Shown one piece after another: positions 1 through 8,529 of a stretch of 55,720 bases of DNA. Where the stretch lies: positions 1 through 55,720 of IMG/VR virus record IMGVR_UViG_3300023181_000007; one strand, given 5' to 3'. Numbering within the stretch: the first letter of the stretch is position 1; every line of letters begins with the position of its first letter. A program made the translations under genes and the position numbers. Source of the DNA: a virus. Taxonomy: Duplodnaviria > Caudoviricetes. The notes below the pieces were generated by a model that worked only from the letters and a program-made list of their open reading frames with translations, was not told where the DNA came from and did no database searches.

Positions 1-127
1 CCATCGAATTCGAGGGAATTAAAAATAAAAAAAAATGGAAAAACTAACATTAGAAAACTTTTTGCTATATATACCTTATGGCTTAGGAATAGGGAATAAA
101 ACGCTAAAAGGAGATTTAGCATCTGTC
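1..127. repeat. 127-bp terminal direct repeat, copy 1 (circular assembly overlap)
   Basis: Identical to 55594-55720; the length equals a common assembler k-mer. Confidence 0.95.
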
Positions 128-514
128 TACATAATGGAGATAGAAAACAAAAACGACAAAGGAATTATGAATGTATTGGAGGGAGCGAATCAAATCCCCT
201 TATTGTATCCATTGTCGGCATTAAATAAAGAATTTCCTCATATTTCATATACAAAGGAATTGGAACCTAGCCTTAAAAATATAATACCTAACGAGTTCTT
301 TAAAAAGCATTGGTTTACTGAAATTAGAGAAGATGGACATTTTTCAACAGACAACGGCGACGGATCGGCGACGGGTTATAAATGGCGATCCTGCCGTATA
401 GATATTATCCTTTTATTGGCAGAGTGGAAAATAGACTATATGGGACTTATTAAAAAAGGTTTAGCTATTGACGTAAATACACTAAAAACAAATCCTTATG
501 AAATCATTGACTAA
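35..514 (+). CDS. hypothetical phage protein, paralog of 498..983
   Basis: ORF; shares YxPY N-terminus and DxMGLIxxxLAxxVxxLxxxPY C-terminus with the next gene. Confidence 0.8.
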   Translation: MEKLTLENFLLYIPYGLGIGNKTLKGDLASVYIMEIENKNDKGIMNVLEGANQIPLLYPLSALNKEFPHISYTKELEPSLKNIIPNEFFKKHWFTEIREDGHFSTDNGDGSATGYKWRSCRIDIILLLAEWKIDYMGLIKKGLAIDVNTLKTNPYEIID

Positions 515-983
515 AGAACAAATTTGCGCTTATTTGCCTTACAATGTAAAATCCGTAATGAGTGCATCGGATTTTAACATTAATAATCTAATCTCAACGG
601 TTAACTTTTCAAACGCAATCAATTTCACGGAACCCGGTTACAGTTCTAAAATAATATTAAGGCCAAATAATCTGACAACTCCTATTGAAATAGCCGGGGA
701 ATTAATAACGCCGCTTAAAGAGCTATTTAATTTACTAATAGCTAAGCCGTCGGATATTTGGTTAAATATTGATGGTTCAGTAATTGGGGTTAGGAAAGAT
801 GATTATGTTTTGAGGCATATAGAAAAGACTCTTTTCGTTTTTACTTGCAAAGGTGAACCTTGTAATTTTGATTCTTTGCCGCTTATCAAATGGCTAGCAG
901 CTAATAAGTTTGATTTTATGGGCTTGATAGATGAAAAGCTAGCCGTAAGCGTGGAATCATTAGAGAAAGATCCTTATGACTGA
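498..983 (+). CDS. hypothetical phage protein, paralog of 35..514
   Basis: ORF overlapping the previous gene; shared terminal motifs. Confidence 0.8.
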   Translation: MKSLTKEQICAYLPYNVKSVMSASDFNINNLISTVNFSNAINFTEPGYSSKIILRPNNLTTPIEIAGELITPLKELFNLLIAKPSDIWLNIDGSVIGVRKDDYVLRHIEKTLFVFTCKGEPCNFDSLPLIKWLAANKFDFMGLIDEKLAVSVESLEKDPYD

Positions 984-1284
984 AAAGGAGGCCATAAACG
1001 AATTATTGAACATGAGCAAAGAGGAGCTTGATCTAGTTCAATACTATAAAGTAAAGCTTATATGTAGCGGCAAGAACTGCCAAAGGATTACGCATGTAAG
1101 AGATTACGGGATTCATCCTATTTACTATCATCCAAGATTTACAAAAGGTTGGCATGATATTACTCAAGAGTTTTTTGCTTGTGCTAAACATTGGAAAATC
1201 TACAAAAGGCTCTTGAAAAAATTTAATCAATCAGCAGTATATTTTAAACTATTTGACCCTAACAAAAATGTAATTATCAAATGA
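976..1284 (+). CDS. hypothetical protein (Cys/His-containing)
   Basis: Tightly packed ORF; CSGKNC...CAKH. Confidence 0.7.
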   Translation: MTEKEAINELLNMSKEELDLVQYYKVKLICSGKNCQRITHVRDYGIHPIYYHPRFTKGWHDITQEFFACAKHWKIYKRLLKKFNQSAVYFKLFDPNKNVIIK

Positions 1285-1736
1285 AAACATTCAAATCAAT
1301 TATCACAGTTTTAGTATTTGCCTTTTCTTTAGCTGCCATTGCCCAAAACGATAGCGTTGTTGCGCGATCATTTGGAAATAGTAAACTTACATTTCATCAA
1401 GTCTATGGCGTGGTAAGGGTTGACTATAGAGGCAACAAAATTGAAGAGGTTATAAAAGTTTGGCCGATTGAATCACGATACAAGCCCGGATTTACCTTTT
1501 TCAACGAGGAGGGTAAAATTACCTTAATCAAATATGAAGAGGTAACAAAAGGCTTTTACCGATGGAAATGCAAACTTCAACGCTACAATTACGGAACCGG
1601 CCCGGATATAGTTACAACGTGCTATATCCCGGAGTTTGAAGTTAACGAAAGCGTCGGCGTTTGGGTGCACGATCCGATAAGCGGCAAAACCTATGAGTAT
1701 GTAACAGAACTAAAAAACACAATACGCAATGAGTAA
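1281..1736 (+). CDS. secreted/periplasmic hypothetical protein
   Basis: Sec-type signal MKTFKSIITVLVFAFSLAAIA followed by Q; ATGA overlap. Confidence 0.75.
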   Translation: MKTFKSIITVLVFAFSLAAIAQNDSVVARSFGNSKLTFHQVYGVVRVDYRGNKIEEVIKVWPIESRYKPGFTFFNEEGKITLIKYEEVTKGFYRWKCKLQRYNYGTGPDIVTTCYIPEFEVNESVGVWVHDPISGKTYEYVTELKNTIRNE

Positions 1737-2538
1737 AAACAAAATAATGTACACAATAGATGGTGAAGCCGTTTTAATACACAGGGAAATTGAGGGAGGT
1801 TATTTGGGGCAATTTCTTTATGATGTTGATTTCGATGAGGATGATGATTTTGACCCGGATGATATGATATGTGATACACGTATAATATTGCACCCGCAAT
1901 TGTTTTCAGAGCCTCCAAAGATTCATATTCATAAAGAGATTCAAGAATTACAAAATGAAAAGAGTAATTTAAATATTGAGCTTCATGAGTTAAGGGTACT
2001 TAAACAGGAGGAAAATATAACTTTAGGCAAGATTGCAAAATTTCCTATCATTCAACAATTAGTTGATTTTTTAAATGGTGATTATGCTTATTTGGTTTAC
2101 TTGAAAGACCTTGAATTAATAGAAAAAAGGCAAAGATATATTTCTAGCCATGTAAGTACTGCAAATATAAAAAGCGATGGCGGTTTTTGTCTTTATCTTA
2201 TGAGTTCAGAAAATTACACTTCAAGAGACGACCGCGCGTTTACAATATTTAAGACTAAGGAGGATGCAGATAAATTTATAATTGGCAAAATTATAGAGCG
2301 TCTTAACTCCCATCAAACTAATGAATACGGAGGCGATCCAATAGAGCAGTTAGAAAGAGTGAAACGAGAATTTTATAATCACTATAACCTATTTAAATTG
2401 CCTGAAATAGAGATTGTTTACAATAAAAAAAGGCAAACAATTTCAGAAGATTTTGAGAAAAAGAAAGAAGAGAAAAGACAGGCTAGATTGTTAGAATTAC
2501 AGGCCGAAACTGATAAATTACTCAACAAAGACAAATAA
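1729..2538 (+). CDS. hypothetical coiled-coil protein, probable distant paralog of 54609..55415
   Basis: 269-aa ORF with colinear shared motifs. Confidence 0.8.
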   Translation: MSKNKIMYTIDGEAVLIHREIEGGYLGQFLYDVDFDEDDDFDPDDMICDTRIILHPQLFSEPPKIHIHKEIQELQNEKSNLNIELHELRVLKQEENITLGKIAKFPIIQQLVDFLNGDYAYLVYLKDLELIEKRQRYISSHVSTANIKSDGGFCLYLMSSENYTSRDDRAFTIFKTKEDADKFIIGKIIERLNSHQTNEYGGDPIEQLERVKREFYNHYNLFKLPEIEIVYNKKRQTISEDFEKKKEEKRQARLLELQAETDKLLNKDK

Positions 2539-2545
2539 TAATATT

Positions 2546-2917
2546 ATGGCAAAAGATATTAAAATACAGGCAGCGAAAGCCAATTTATCAACTACAAGTT
2601 GGGACGCTAAAATGTGGGTTGAGCTTGAAGATATTGACCCTCAAGAATTATTGTCAACTTTGACTCATTCAGAAATTGCCGACAATATGGATGTTGAGGA
2701 GGTTTTACAGGAATTAACATCTAAGCAAATTGTTGACGGTTATGATAACAATGCGGTTTTGCTTGAGGCCATAGACGATGAGGACATTGCAGAGTATTTG
2801 GATGCCTCATTTGTTGCCGGCATATTTAAAACCTCCGCTTTAGTTGAGCACATGGACCGCCAAGAGATCCTTGCATGTTTTACAGAGGAGGAATTAAAAT
2901 CTTATTTAGATCAGTAA
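2546..2917 (+). CDS. acidic hypothetical protein with short helical repeats
   Basis: ORF; D/E-rich repeated E-x-L-x-x-L/I units. Confidence 0.75.
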   Translation: MAKDIKIQAAKANLSTTSWDAKMWVELEDIDPQELLSTLTHSEIADNMDVEEVLQELTSKQIVDGYDNNAVLLEAIDDEDIAEYLDASFVAGIFKTSALVEHMDRQEILACFTEEELKSYLDQ

Positions 2918-2920
2918 GTT

Positions 2921-3121
2921 ATGAGAATATCAAGCGAAACCCCAATTTACATTGATCCATTGCCGGGAACATTATTAATAAATGCCCTGACAGAAACATT
3001 GGCATTTTGTAAAAAATACAATACAGAGGTTTGTTTCAAATTTAATGGCAGACAATGCACAATAACACCAACAACCAACATATTAGAGCTTGAGTCTGAT
3101 TTTTGGAACATCACCAAGTAA
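2921..3121 (+). CDS. hypothetical protein
   Basis: ORF ending just before a terminator. Confidence 0.65.
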   Translation: MRISSETPIYIDPLPGTLLINALTETLAFCKKYNTEVCFKFNGRQCTITPTTNILELESDFWNITK

Positions 3122-3142
3122 TTTATTAACACTCCCCCAATT

Positions 3143-3168
3143 AAGCCCCGCCCCAAGGGGGCTTTTTT
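3143..3168 (+). terminator. intrinsic terminator ending the putative early region
   Basis: AAGCCCC...GGGGCTT stem followed by a T-run. Confidence 0.8.
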
Positions 3169-3198
3169 GTGTTAATAATTCTATGTTAATATATTGCA

Positions 3199-3206
3199 TA
3201 ACTTTG
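3199..3206 (+). promoter_or_regulatory. Bacteroidota -7 promoter box for terS
   Basis: TAACTTTG matches TAnnTTTG, 21 nt before the ATG. Confidence 0.6.
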
Positions 3207-3227
3207 TAACACAAAACATTTTTAATT

Positions 3228-3854
3228 ATGGCAACAGATAAAGACAAAAACAAAAAACCACACCAACAGTTAATTCCTTTTAAAGTAGGAAATCAGCTTT
3301 GGAAACTAAGAGCCTCCGCCGGCATAGATCGCATTTGGAATGACCCGGAAACGCTTTATAAAACATTTGAGGAATATGCCAACATGGTTGATAAAAACCC
3401 TTTAATGGAGATCGCTTATCACCAAGGAAAGAAAGTCAAAATACCCAAAATGTACGCAATGACAATGGCCGGCTTTTGCATCTTTTGCGGAGTAAATAGT
3501 AAATATTTTAACCACTTTGAAAGAGACCTCAAAGAAGAGGCTATAATGTTTGAAAGCCTTGAAAACCCAACAGATAAGCAAATTGAAACCAATAAATTAA
3601 ATAAAGATTTGGCTAACATCATTGCCACTATCAAGGAAATTATCTTTACTCAAAAGTTTACAGGAGCCGCCGCCGGTCTCTTAAACACCAACTTAATCAG
3701 CAGAGAACTAGGCATGTTGGATAAAAGAGAGGTTAACCATAAGAACGACGGAGGCGCGTTTAAAGGGCAAGTAACAACGTTTATGTTGCCAAGTAACAAC
3801 CGGGAGCAATTGAACCCGGATAAGCCTATTGAGATAGAACCGACGGAGGAATAA
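3228..3854 (+). CDS. terS: terminase small subunit (P22 gp3-like)
   Basis: GNQLWKLRA N-terminal motif and QKFTGAAAGLLNTNLISRELG C-terminal motif typical of the gp3 family. Confidence 0.85.
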   Translation: MATDKDKNKKPHQQLIPFKVGNQLWKLRASAGIDRIWNDPETLYKTFEEYANMVDKNPLMEIAYHQGKKVKIPKMYAMTMAGFCIFCGVNSKYFNHFERDLKEEAIMFESLENPTDKQIETNKLNKDLANIIATIKEIIFTQKFTGAAAGLLNTNLISRELGMLDKREVNHKNDGGAFKGQVTTFMLPSNNREQLNPDKPIEIEPTEE

Positions 3855-3860
3855 TTAAAC

Positions 3861-3891
3861 AGGCCCAACTTAAATGTTTGGGCCTTTTTTT
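3861..3891 (+). terminator. intrinsic terminator after terS
   Basis: AGGCCCAA...TTGGGCCT plus T-run. Confidence 0.85.
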
Positions 3892-3942
3892 ATGCTTTAT
3901 AATCATGGCTGTATCGATCTTTCACGGGGTGGAGACAAAAAA

Positions 3943-3997
3943 TAGTACTAAATAAAGTACTTTTTGTTTGTTAGTACCGAATATAGTACTATATTTG
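3943..3997 (+). promoter_or_regulatory. cassette I promoter with four AGTAC(T) operator-like repeats
   Basis: TTTG 3967-3970, 19-nt spacer, TATATTTG 3990-3997; TAGTACTA/AAGTACTT/TAGTACCG/TAGTACTA at 3943, 3955, 3972, 3984. Confidence 0.75.
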
Positions 3998-4010
3998 TAT
4001 AACAAAACAA

Positions 4011-4032
4011 TTAAAAACATAAGATCGTGGAA
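4011..4032 (+). promoter_or_regulatory. putative sRNA target site over a GTG start
   Basis: TTAAAAACATA (4011-4021) and ATCGTGGAA (4024-4032) are perfect complements of 38488-38498 and 38461-38469. Confidence 0.7.
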
Positions 4033-4548
4033 AATCTAACATTTACACCGGAACAATTAGAAGAGGCGTTAACAGCAAATAAGTTTTGGCTTGACGGAAA
4101 CGATGAGGCGGCAAAAGTTGTGCATGAGGCTACCAAAGCCGGTTTTGTATTCAGGGGATCGCATACGCAAGCTCATTGGACTAAGGCGGGTATTGACTGG
4201 TATTATGCATCATTAAACAAGGTTGAATTTGAAGCCCAAGAGGACACTCAAATTTTATACGTTGCAAGCCTTGGCGGCGGTGTTAGTGGTCGTACAGTAA
4301 AGAAAGGTGAAAAGATCCGTTTCTTAGGTGTTACAAATGACTTGGGCCGTGAGAGTGTTAGCACTTACGAAACCTTACACAGAATTGATAAACACTATTT
4401 CTTTTCAGCGTTCAAGCAAGCCAGTCATACAATGCCGGCAAAAATTGCCTTTTTAAAACAGCATGCTAAAAACCTAAGAGAAAACGGCAACTTAAAAGAA
4501 GCCGACGAGGTTGACAATCACATTTACGACCTTGAGGCTTATAAATAA
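4027..4548 (+). CDS. hypothetical protein, first gene of cassette I (GTG start)
   Basis: 173-aa ORF after the promoter. Confidence 0.8.
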   Translation: MENLTFTPEQLEEALTANKFWLDGNDEAAKVVHEATKAGFVFRGSHTQAHWTKAGIDWYYASLNKVEFEAQEDTQILYVASLGGGVSGRTVKKGEKIRFLGVTNDLGRESVSTYETLHRIDKHYFFSAFKQASHTMPAKIAFLKQHAKNLRENGNLKEADEVDNHIYDLEAYK

Positions 4549-4588
4549 CTAACCGGGGGCTTTCGGGCCTCCTTTAAAATTAAAATAA

Positions 4589-4777
4589 ATGAATAAATAT
4601 TTAGCAAAAACCATTGATGGAAAGGATATTTGTAAGCTTATGGAAAAAATAGCACTTACAGCAATGAAAGGAGATACTTTAATTATTAAACAGCAGCTTT
4701 ATATTGTTGATAGAAAAGAAATCAACATTGATACAAAAGAGGGTGCGTTATATCTTATTAAGCCATGCCACACTTAA
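4589..4777 (+). CDS. hypothetical protein
   Basis: ORF with A-rich leader. Confidence 0.65.
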   Translation: MNKYLAKTIDGKDICKLMEKIALTAMKGDTLIIKQQLYIVDRKEINIDTKEGALYLIKPCHT

Positions 4778-5049
4778 CAGTAAAATTCAAGACCATATTT
4801 GACAGATCAGAGGGGGAATATTTCAAAACTGATATTTTTGGGAACAAAGAGGAGCATGGCGACGGCGGTATATCTAAAGCCGATGCAAAATCTTGGCATC
4901 TTATAACGTCACAGGCCGACGGCGAAAGTACAGCTTGTGGTCAGGTTTATGCAGATTACGGCCGTGAAATAAAGGAGGTTGAAAAAGGCGGTATTACATG
5001 TGAAGATTGTCTTTCCCTTATTAGGGAAATGAAAGCCGTAAAGCTTTAA
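4765..5049 (+). CDS. hypothetical zinc-binding protein
   Basis: H...CG...CEDC motif. Confidence 0.7.
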   Translation: MPHLTVKFKTIFDRSEGEYFKTDIFGNKEEHGDGGISKADAKSWHLITSQADGESTACGQVYADYGREIKEVEKGGITCEDCLSLIREMKAVKL

Positions 5050-5116
5050 ATCATCAATTTTAAATCACAAAGTATAAATCCGGGATGCTTAACGGCCTCC
5101 CATAATAATAAATATA

Positions 5117-5392
5117 ATGCCATATCCATATAAAAATAATATTAAGCTATCTTTTACTTTAAGGGGCTATGATATACCGGAGGAGTTTGCAAAAGCAATC
5201 CATACACATTGCCAATTAGGGCAAATAAGACCGTCTTTAGACACTGATAGGCAAACAAGCAATTGTGGTCGAACAATCAGGGACACCCAAAATATAACCC
5301 TTGAATTTGAGAACTTTGCTAAAGTGTATGATTTCATTACTGATATTGACGTAATGGCTAATCTATTAGTAATCGATAGCAATTATATATAA
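5117..5392 (+). CDS. hypothetical protein
   Basis: ORF with A-rich leader. Confidence 0.65.
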   Translation: MPYPYKNNIKLSFTLRGYDIPEEFAKAIHTHCQLGQIRPSLDTDRQTSNCGRTIRDTQNITLEFENFAKVYDFITDIDVMANLLVIDSNYI

Positions 5393-5490
5393 TGGAAACG
5401 ATCACTTTATGCAGTCAATGCGAATGTAACTTATCGGAAATAAACGGCATTTGCTATTCTTGTCACAACTTTAATAACCACATGAAATGA
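5392..5490 (+). CDS. 32-aa zinc-ribbon micro-protein (not in the ORF track)
   Basis: METITLCSQCECNLSEINGICYSCHNFNNHMK; TAATG and ATGA overlaps with both neighbours. Confidence 0.6.
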   Translation: METITLCSQCECNLSEINGICYSCHNFNNHMK

Positions 5491-5744
5491 TAGACTTAGA
5501 AAAAATTAAAAACGAGGTTGCTGTAAAGCATGGGTACAATATGTGGCTTGATATATTAGGCATATTTTCAACATCAACAGATATTAGCTATTTGCAGCTA
5601 ATAGAGTTGGAGAACGAAGTTGCAACCGAGTACGCCCGCCAAATGTGTGATGAGCAGATACATGCGTGTTCAATAGCTGTAAATTCAGAAAGATTAATGG
5701 CTCAAAGATTGGTTCAATCCACCCCTAACGTAGTAAAGCCATGA
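5487..5744 (+). CDS. hypothetical protein
   Basis: Coupled ORF. Confidence 0.7.
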   Translation: MIDLEKIKNEVAVKHGYNMWLDILGIFSTSTDISYLQLIELENEVATEYARQMCDEQIHACSIAVNSERLMAQRLVQSTPNVVKP

Positions 5745-5950
5745 AAGAAGTATGCGAATGTTTTACAGTAATGATTAAAAAAGGTATGGTAAATTTTTAT
5801 AGTTCAGGAACAACTCTTTTTATGCCTTTTATTCCTGATACTAATTTTAGATATAATAATTGCCCTTGCTGCCTTTCAGAGGTTAGGGAGATTGAAACAA
5901 CCAAAAAAGAACTTGATGATAACGGAATTATTTATAATAATATAGATTAA
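5741..5950 (+). CDS. hypothetical Cys-rich protein
   Basis: CEC...CPCC; ATGA overlap. Confidence 0.65.
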   Translation: MKEVCECFTVMIKKGMVNFYSSGTTLFMPFIPDTNFRYNNCPCCLSEVREIETTKKELDDNGIIYNNID

Positions 5951-5962
5951 CAACAAAGTAAA

Positions 5963-6217
5963 ATGGCAAACTCAACTAAAAAATATATTCAGGGTTTGGA
6001 TATGAACCAATTTAAACATATTCCAGAATTAAGCTGTTATAATAACAATTATTATATTGGATTTAAACAAGACGGTTATTCGGTGTGTGATTTAATATTC
6101 GGGGAATCTGACGACGACAACACAACTGAATGGTTTATTATAAACTTAGATGGTGGGGCAAATATACCTTTAGGCTACTCTTATAGCACTAACGGCAATA
6201 AACTTGAAACTGTTTAA
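5963..6217 (+). CDS. hypothetical protein
   Basis: ORF with A-rich leader. Confidence 0.65.
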   Translation: MANSTKKYIQGLDMNQFKHIPELSCYNNNYYIGFKQDGYSVCDLIFGESDDDNTTEWFIINLDGGANIPLGYSYSTNGNKLETV

Positions 6218-6238
6218 AATTAACAAATACAAAATAGC

Positions 6239-6397
6239 ATGGCACTAAATGAATTTTGGCAAGAAAGAGAAATAATGTGGAGGAAACAGGAGGAAAGGTG
6301 TATAAAACTATTTAATTTATACGGCCCCGATTATTCTTATTCTACACAGGAAACTAATACTTTGATACGTTTAAAACTACTAACAGCGAAAGCTTAA
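6239..6397 (+). CDS. 52-aa hypothetical protein (not in the ORF track)
   Basis: MALNEFWQERE...LLTAKA fills the gap between genes. Confidence 0.5.
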   Translation: MALNEFWQEREIMWRKQEERCIKLFNLYGPDYSYSTQETNTLIRLKLLTAKA

Positions 6398-6408
6398 ATA
6401 TTTTAAGT

Positions 6409-6828
6409 ATGGATATAAAAGATATAGAAAGATTGGCTAAGGAAATTGCTGAAATGGCTAATATTCCTATAGAATGCCCAAAAAAACCTAATTGTAATTT
6501 TGAAGAAAAAGGTATTTGTTGTAGGGAATTTGGTTATTTTAAAATTCAAAGACTTTTAACGAAAGGTGTTTTAGAAGGTATTAGAAAGGATGCTTTATTA
6601 CTACCTGAAAACGCTACCGATAAAAGCAAATACAATGTGCAATTACAGCATGACGGACATAATCAGCTTGACACAATGAGAGAATTATTGTATAGAATTG
6701 ATAAAGAAAAACTTGAAACAGGCGATTTAAGAACTACAAGTATTTATGTAGCTGCTGAATACATAAGAACACACGTAGAAAAAATGAGATTCATTCTTAA
6801 CGAGTTATACTTAAATAATAAAACTTAA
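6409..6828 (+). CDS. hypothetical protein
   Basis: 139-aa ORF. Confidence 0.7.
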   Translation: MDIKDIERLAKEIAEMANIPIECPKKPNCNFEEKGICCREFGYFKIQRLLTKGVLEGIRKDALLLPENATDKSKYNVQLQHDGHNQLDTMRELLYRIDKEKLETGDLRTTSIYVAAEYIRTHVEKMRFILNELYLNNKT

Positions 6829-6906
6829 CAACCAACCCGCTATTTAAGATAACACCGGGAAGCTGAAAACGGTATCAAAGAGTAAGCAAACAAAAACTTT
6901 TCATTT

Positions 6907-7305
6907 ATGAAAAAATTACTTTTAATTGCCTTGTTAGGCACAATGTGTTTTGTAGGTTGTAACAATGACGACGACGCAACGTATTTGCGCCCAAGGCCAC
7001 AAAAAACAAATGCATCAGATCCGGTATTTACATTTGATTCGTCAGGTAAAGAGGACGTGTTATTTCAAGACGGCGTTAAGGTTGCCCCGCAAAAGATCAT
7101 TTGCAATACCCCTTATAACCTAGGCGCGGGACATGCGGTTGTAAATACGGACGGTAAGTATTATTTGGTGTATTGGCACACTAACCCAAACATGCTGCCA
7201 ACAGGATTCACACAAACAAAATATACATCAGCATACGGAGGGATTCGATATATGGTTGTATGCCCGGTAACACAGGCGCAAGCGATATTTGTTTGCAATA
7301 ATTAA
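6907..7305 (+). CDS. lipoprotein, probably surface-exposed
   Basis: MKK, hydrophobic core, lipobox FVGC, then NNDDD (acidic, like the Bacteroidota lipoprotein export signal). Confidence 0.8.
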   Translation: MKKLLLIALLGTMCFVGCNNDDDATYLRPRPQKTNASDPVFTFDSSGKEDVLFQDGVKVAPQKIICNTPYNLGAGHAVVNTDGKYYLVYWHTNPNMLPTGFTQTKYTSAYGGIRYMVVCPVTQAQAIFVCNN

Positions 7306-7313
7306 ATAACAAT

Positions 7314-7348
7314 ACCCGTATGTAAATAATCCTTGCATGCGGGTTTTT
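7314..7348 (+). terminator. terminator-like hairpin after the lipoprotein gene
   Basis: ACCCGTATGTAA...TTGCATGCGGGT plus T-run. Confidence 0.6.
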
Positions 7349-7360
7349 AAATCAAAGGCA

Positions 7361-7558
7361 ATGGAAAACAGAAGAGAAAGCGGGTTTTATTGGATAAAAT
7401 ATCAAAAGGGTGATGATTATGAAGTTGCTGAATTTGTTCAATCAGAGGAGGGAGCTATAATTGAAAGTGGTTTTTGGATGAGGACCGGTAGCGACTATAG
7501 TGAGCTAATAGATCCTTTTATAGTGGATGAAATTAGAATTATTAACCCAAACGAATAA
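7361..7558 (+). CDS. hypothetical protein
   Basis: In-frame ATG 7361 preferred over 7337, which lies inside the hairpin. Confidence 0.65.
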   Translation: MENRRESGFYWIKYQKGDDYEVAEFVQSEEGAIIESGFWMRTGSDYSELIDPFIVDEIRIINPNE

Positions 7559-7560
7559 CT

Positions 7561-7884
7561 ATGTACACATACGACGATTGGAAAGCTCTAACGGCAAAAT
7601 TATCTATAACCAACAAAATAGTTGCAGAGATAACCGGCCTTTCAGAGCAAACGGTAAAGAATCAAATATCACCATCTAAAAAGCTGCCAACTTGGGCACG
7701 TTCGATGATATACATGGATAGGCAAGAATCAATTCAGGATTTAATAAAAGAGGCTAAGAATGTTTTAAATGACGAAATACCTCAAAAACCAAATTGCGAT
7801 TGTTACATTGATCATCAAGGATTTTTTAGACGTGGGAAATCAGGTTGTAAAATATCTAAAGAAAATCACCCTATATGGATATAG
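7561..7884 (+). CDS. HTH DNA-binding protein
   Basis: ITNKIVAEITGLSEQTVKNQIS fits an XRE-type HTH; C-terminal CDC...C...H. Confidence 0.7.
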   Translation: MYTYDDWKALTAKLSITNKIVAEITGLSEQTVKNQISPSKKLPTWARSMIYMDRQESIQDLIKEAKNVLNDEIPQKPNCDCYIDHQGFFRRGKSGCKISKENHPIWI

Positions 7885-8198
7885 CGAAATATAAATCCGC
7901 AATGTTTAGTTTTAGTTGGATAGTTATATTGCGTATCTGCCAAGATCATCTTGATAATGAAAATTACAGAGAGGTTGATTTGATAAACAAAGCATTCGAC
8001 GAATATGAAAAGGATTTTGGGTTTAAAATACCAAGGTTTTTCAATAATGAGGCAATTGAGCTATATGAAAGCTTTCTTAAAGAATACAATTTAACAAAAA
8101 CGCATGTATTGACTTTGATTTACGATAACGTGGAACCGGCGCGCCTCTTTTTGTACGGAGACACAACCAACATAAATTTTACTTATGAAAAGGAATAA
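7875..8198 (+). CDS. hypothetical protein
   Basis: Overlapping coupled ORF. Confidence 0.7.
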   Translation: MDIAKYKSAMFSFSWIVILRICQDHLDNENYREVDLINKAFDEYEKDFGFKIPRFFNNEAIELYESFLKEYNLTKTHVLTLIYDNVEPARLFLYGDTTNINFTYEKE

Positions 8199-8529
8199 TT
8201 TAACCAAGGAAAATTTTTGGAATAAAATAGAGGGAAAATACCCTTTATCATTTGCTAATTTCAGTTTGTGGGTTGATTTATGGAAAATATCCAACAAAAC
8301 AGACACTTGGATTAGTTACGCCTTAGACCAACCTATTGGCTCTATAAAGTTTCATCATTACCCATATCCTATGCAATTCGGCGTTTTCTGCCAATATCTT
8401 GAGGATATGGAGTTAATGGAGGAGGATTTTAATTACTTTTCCATCAACTTAGATGAGTATATTGAGGAAACATTTATACTTCTTGAAATGAGATTAAAAT
8501 TAAAACAACAAAACCATGAAAAAGCGTAA
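8185..8529 (+). CDS. hypothetical protein
   Basis: Overlapping coupled ORF. Confidence 0.7.
   Translation: MKRNNLTKENFWNKIEGKYPLSFANFSLWVDLWKISNKTDTWISYALDQPIGSIKFHHYPYPMQFGVFCQYLEDMELMEEDFNYFSINLDEYIEETFILLEMRLKLKQQNHEKA

Noticed and set aside
950-957. CGTGGAAT as an sRNA target
   Set aside because: It lies inside a coding frame (SVES), is not at a start and has no seed-2 partner; probably chance, although it is 26 nt before ATG 976.
3213-3219. AAAACAT in the terS leader as a target of the main sRNA
   Set aside because: Seed 2 only, without the CGTGGA core; such A-rich words are common in Bacteroidota leaders.
8129-8135. CGTGGAA as an sRNA target
   Set aside because: Only 7 nt, internal to a CDS and not at a start.
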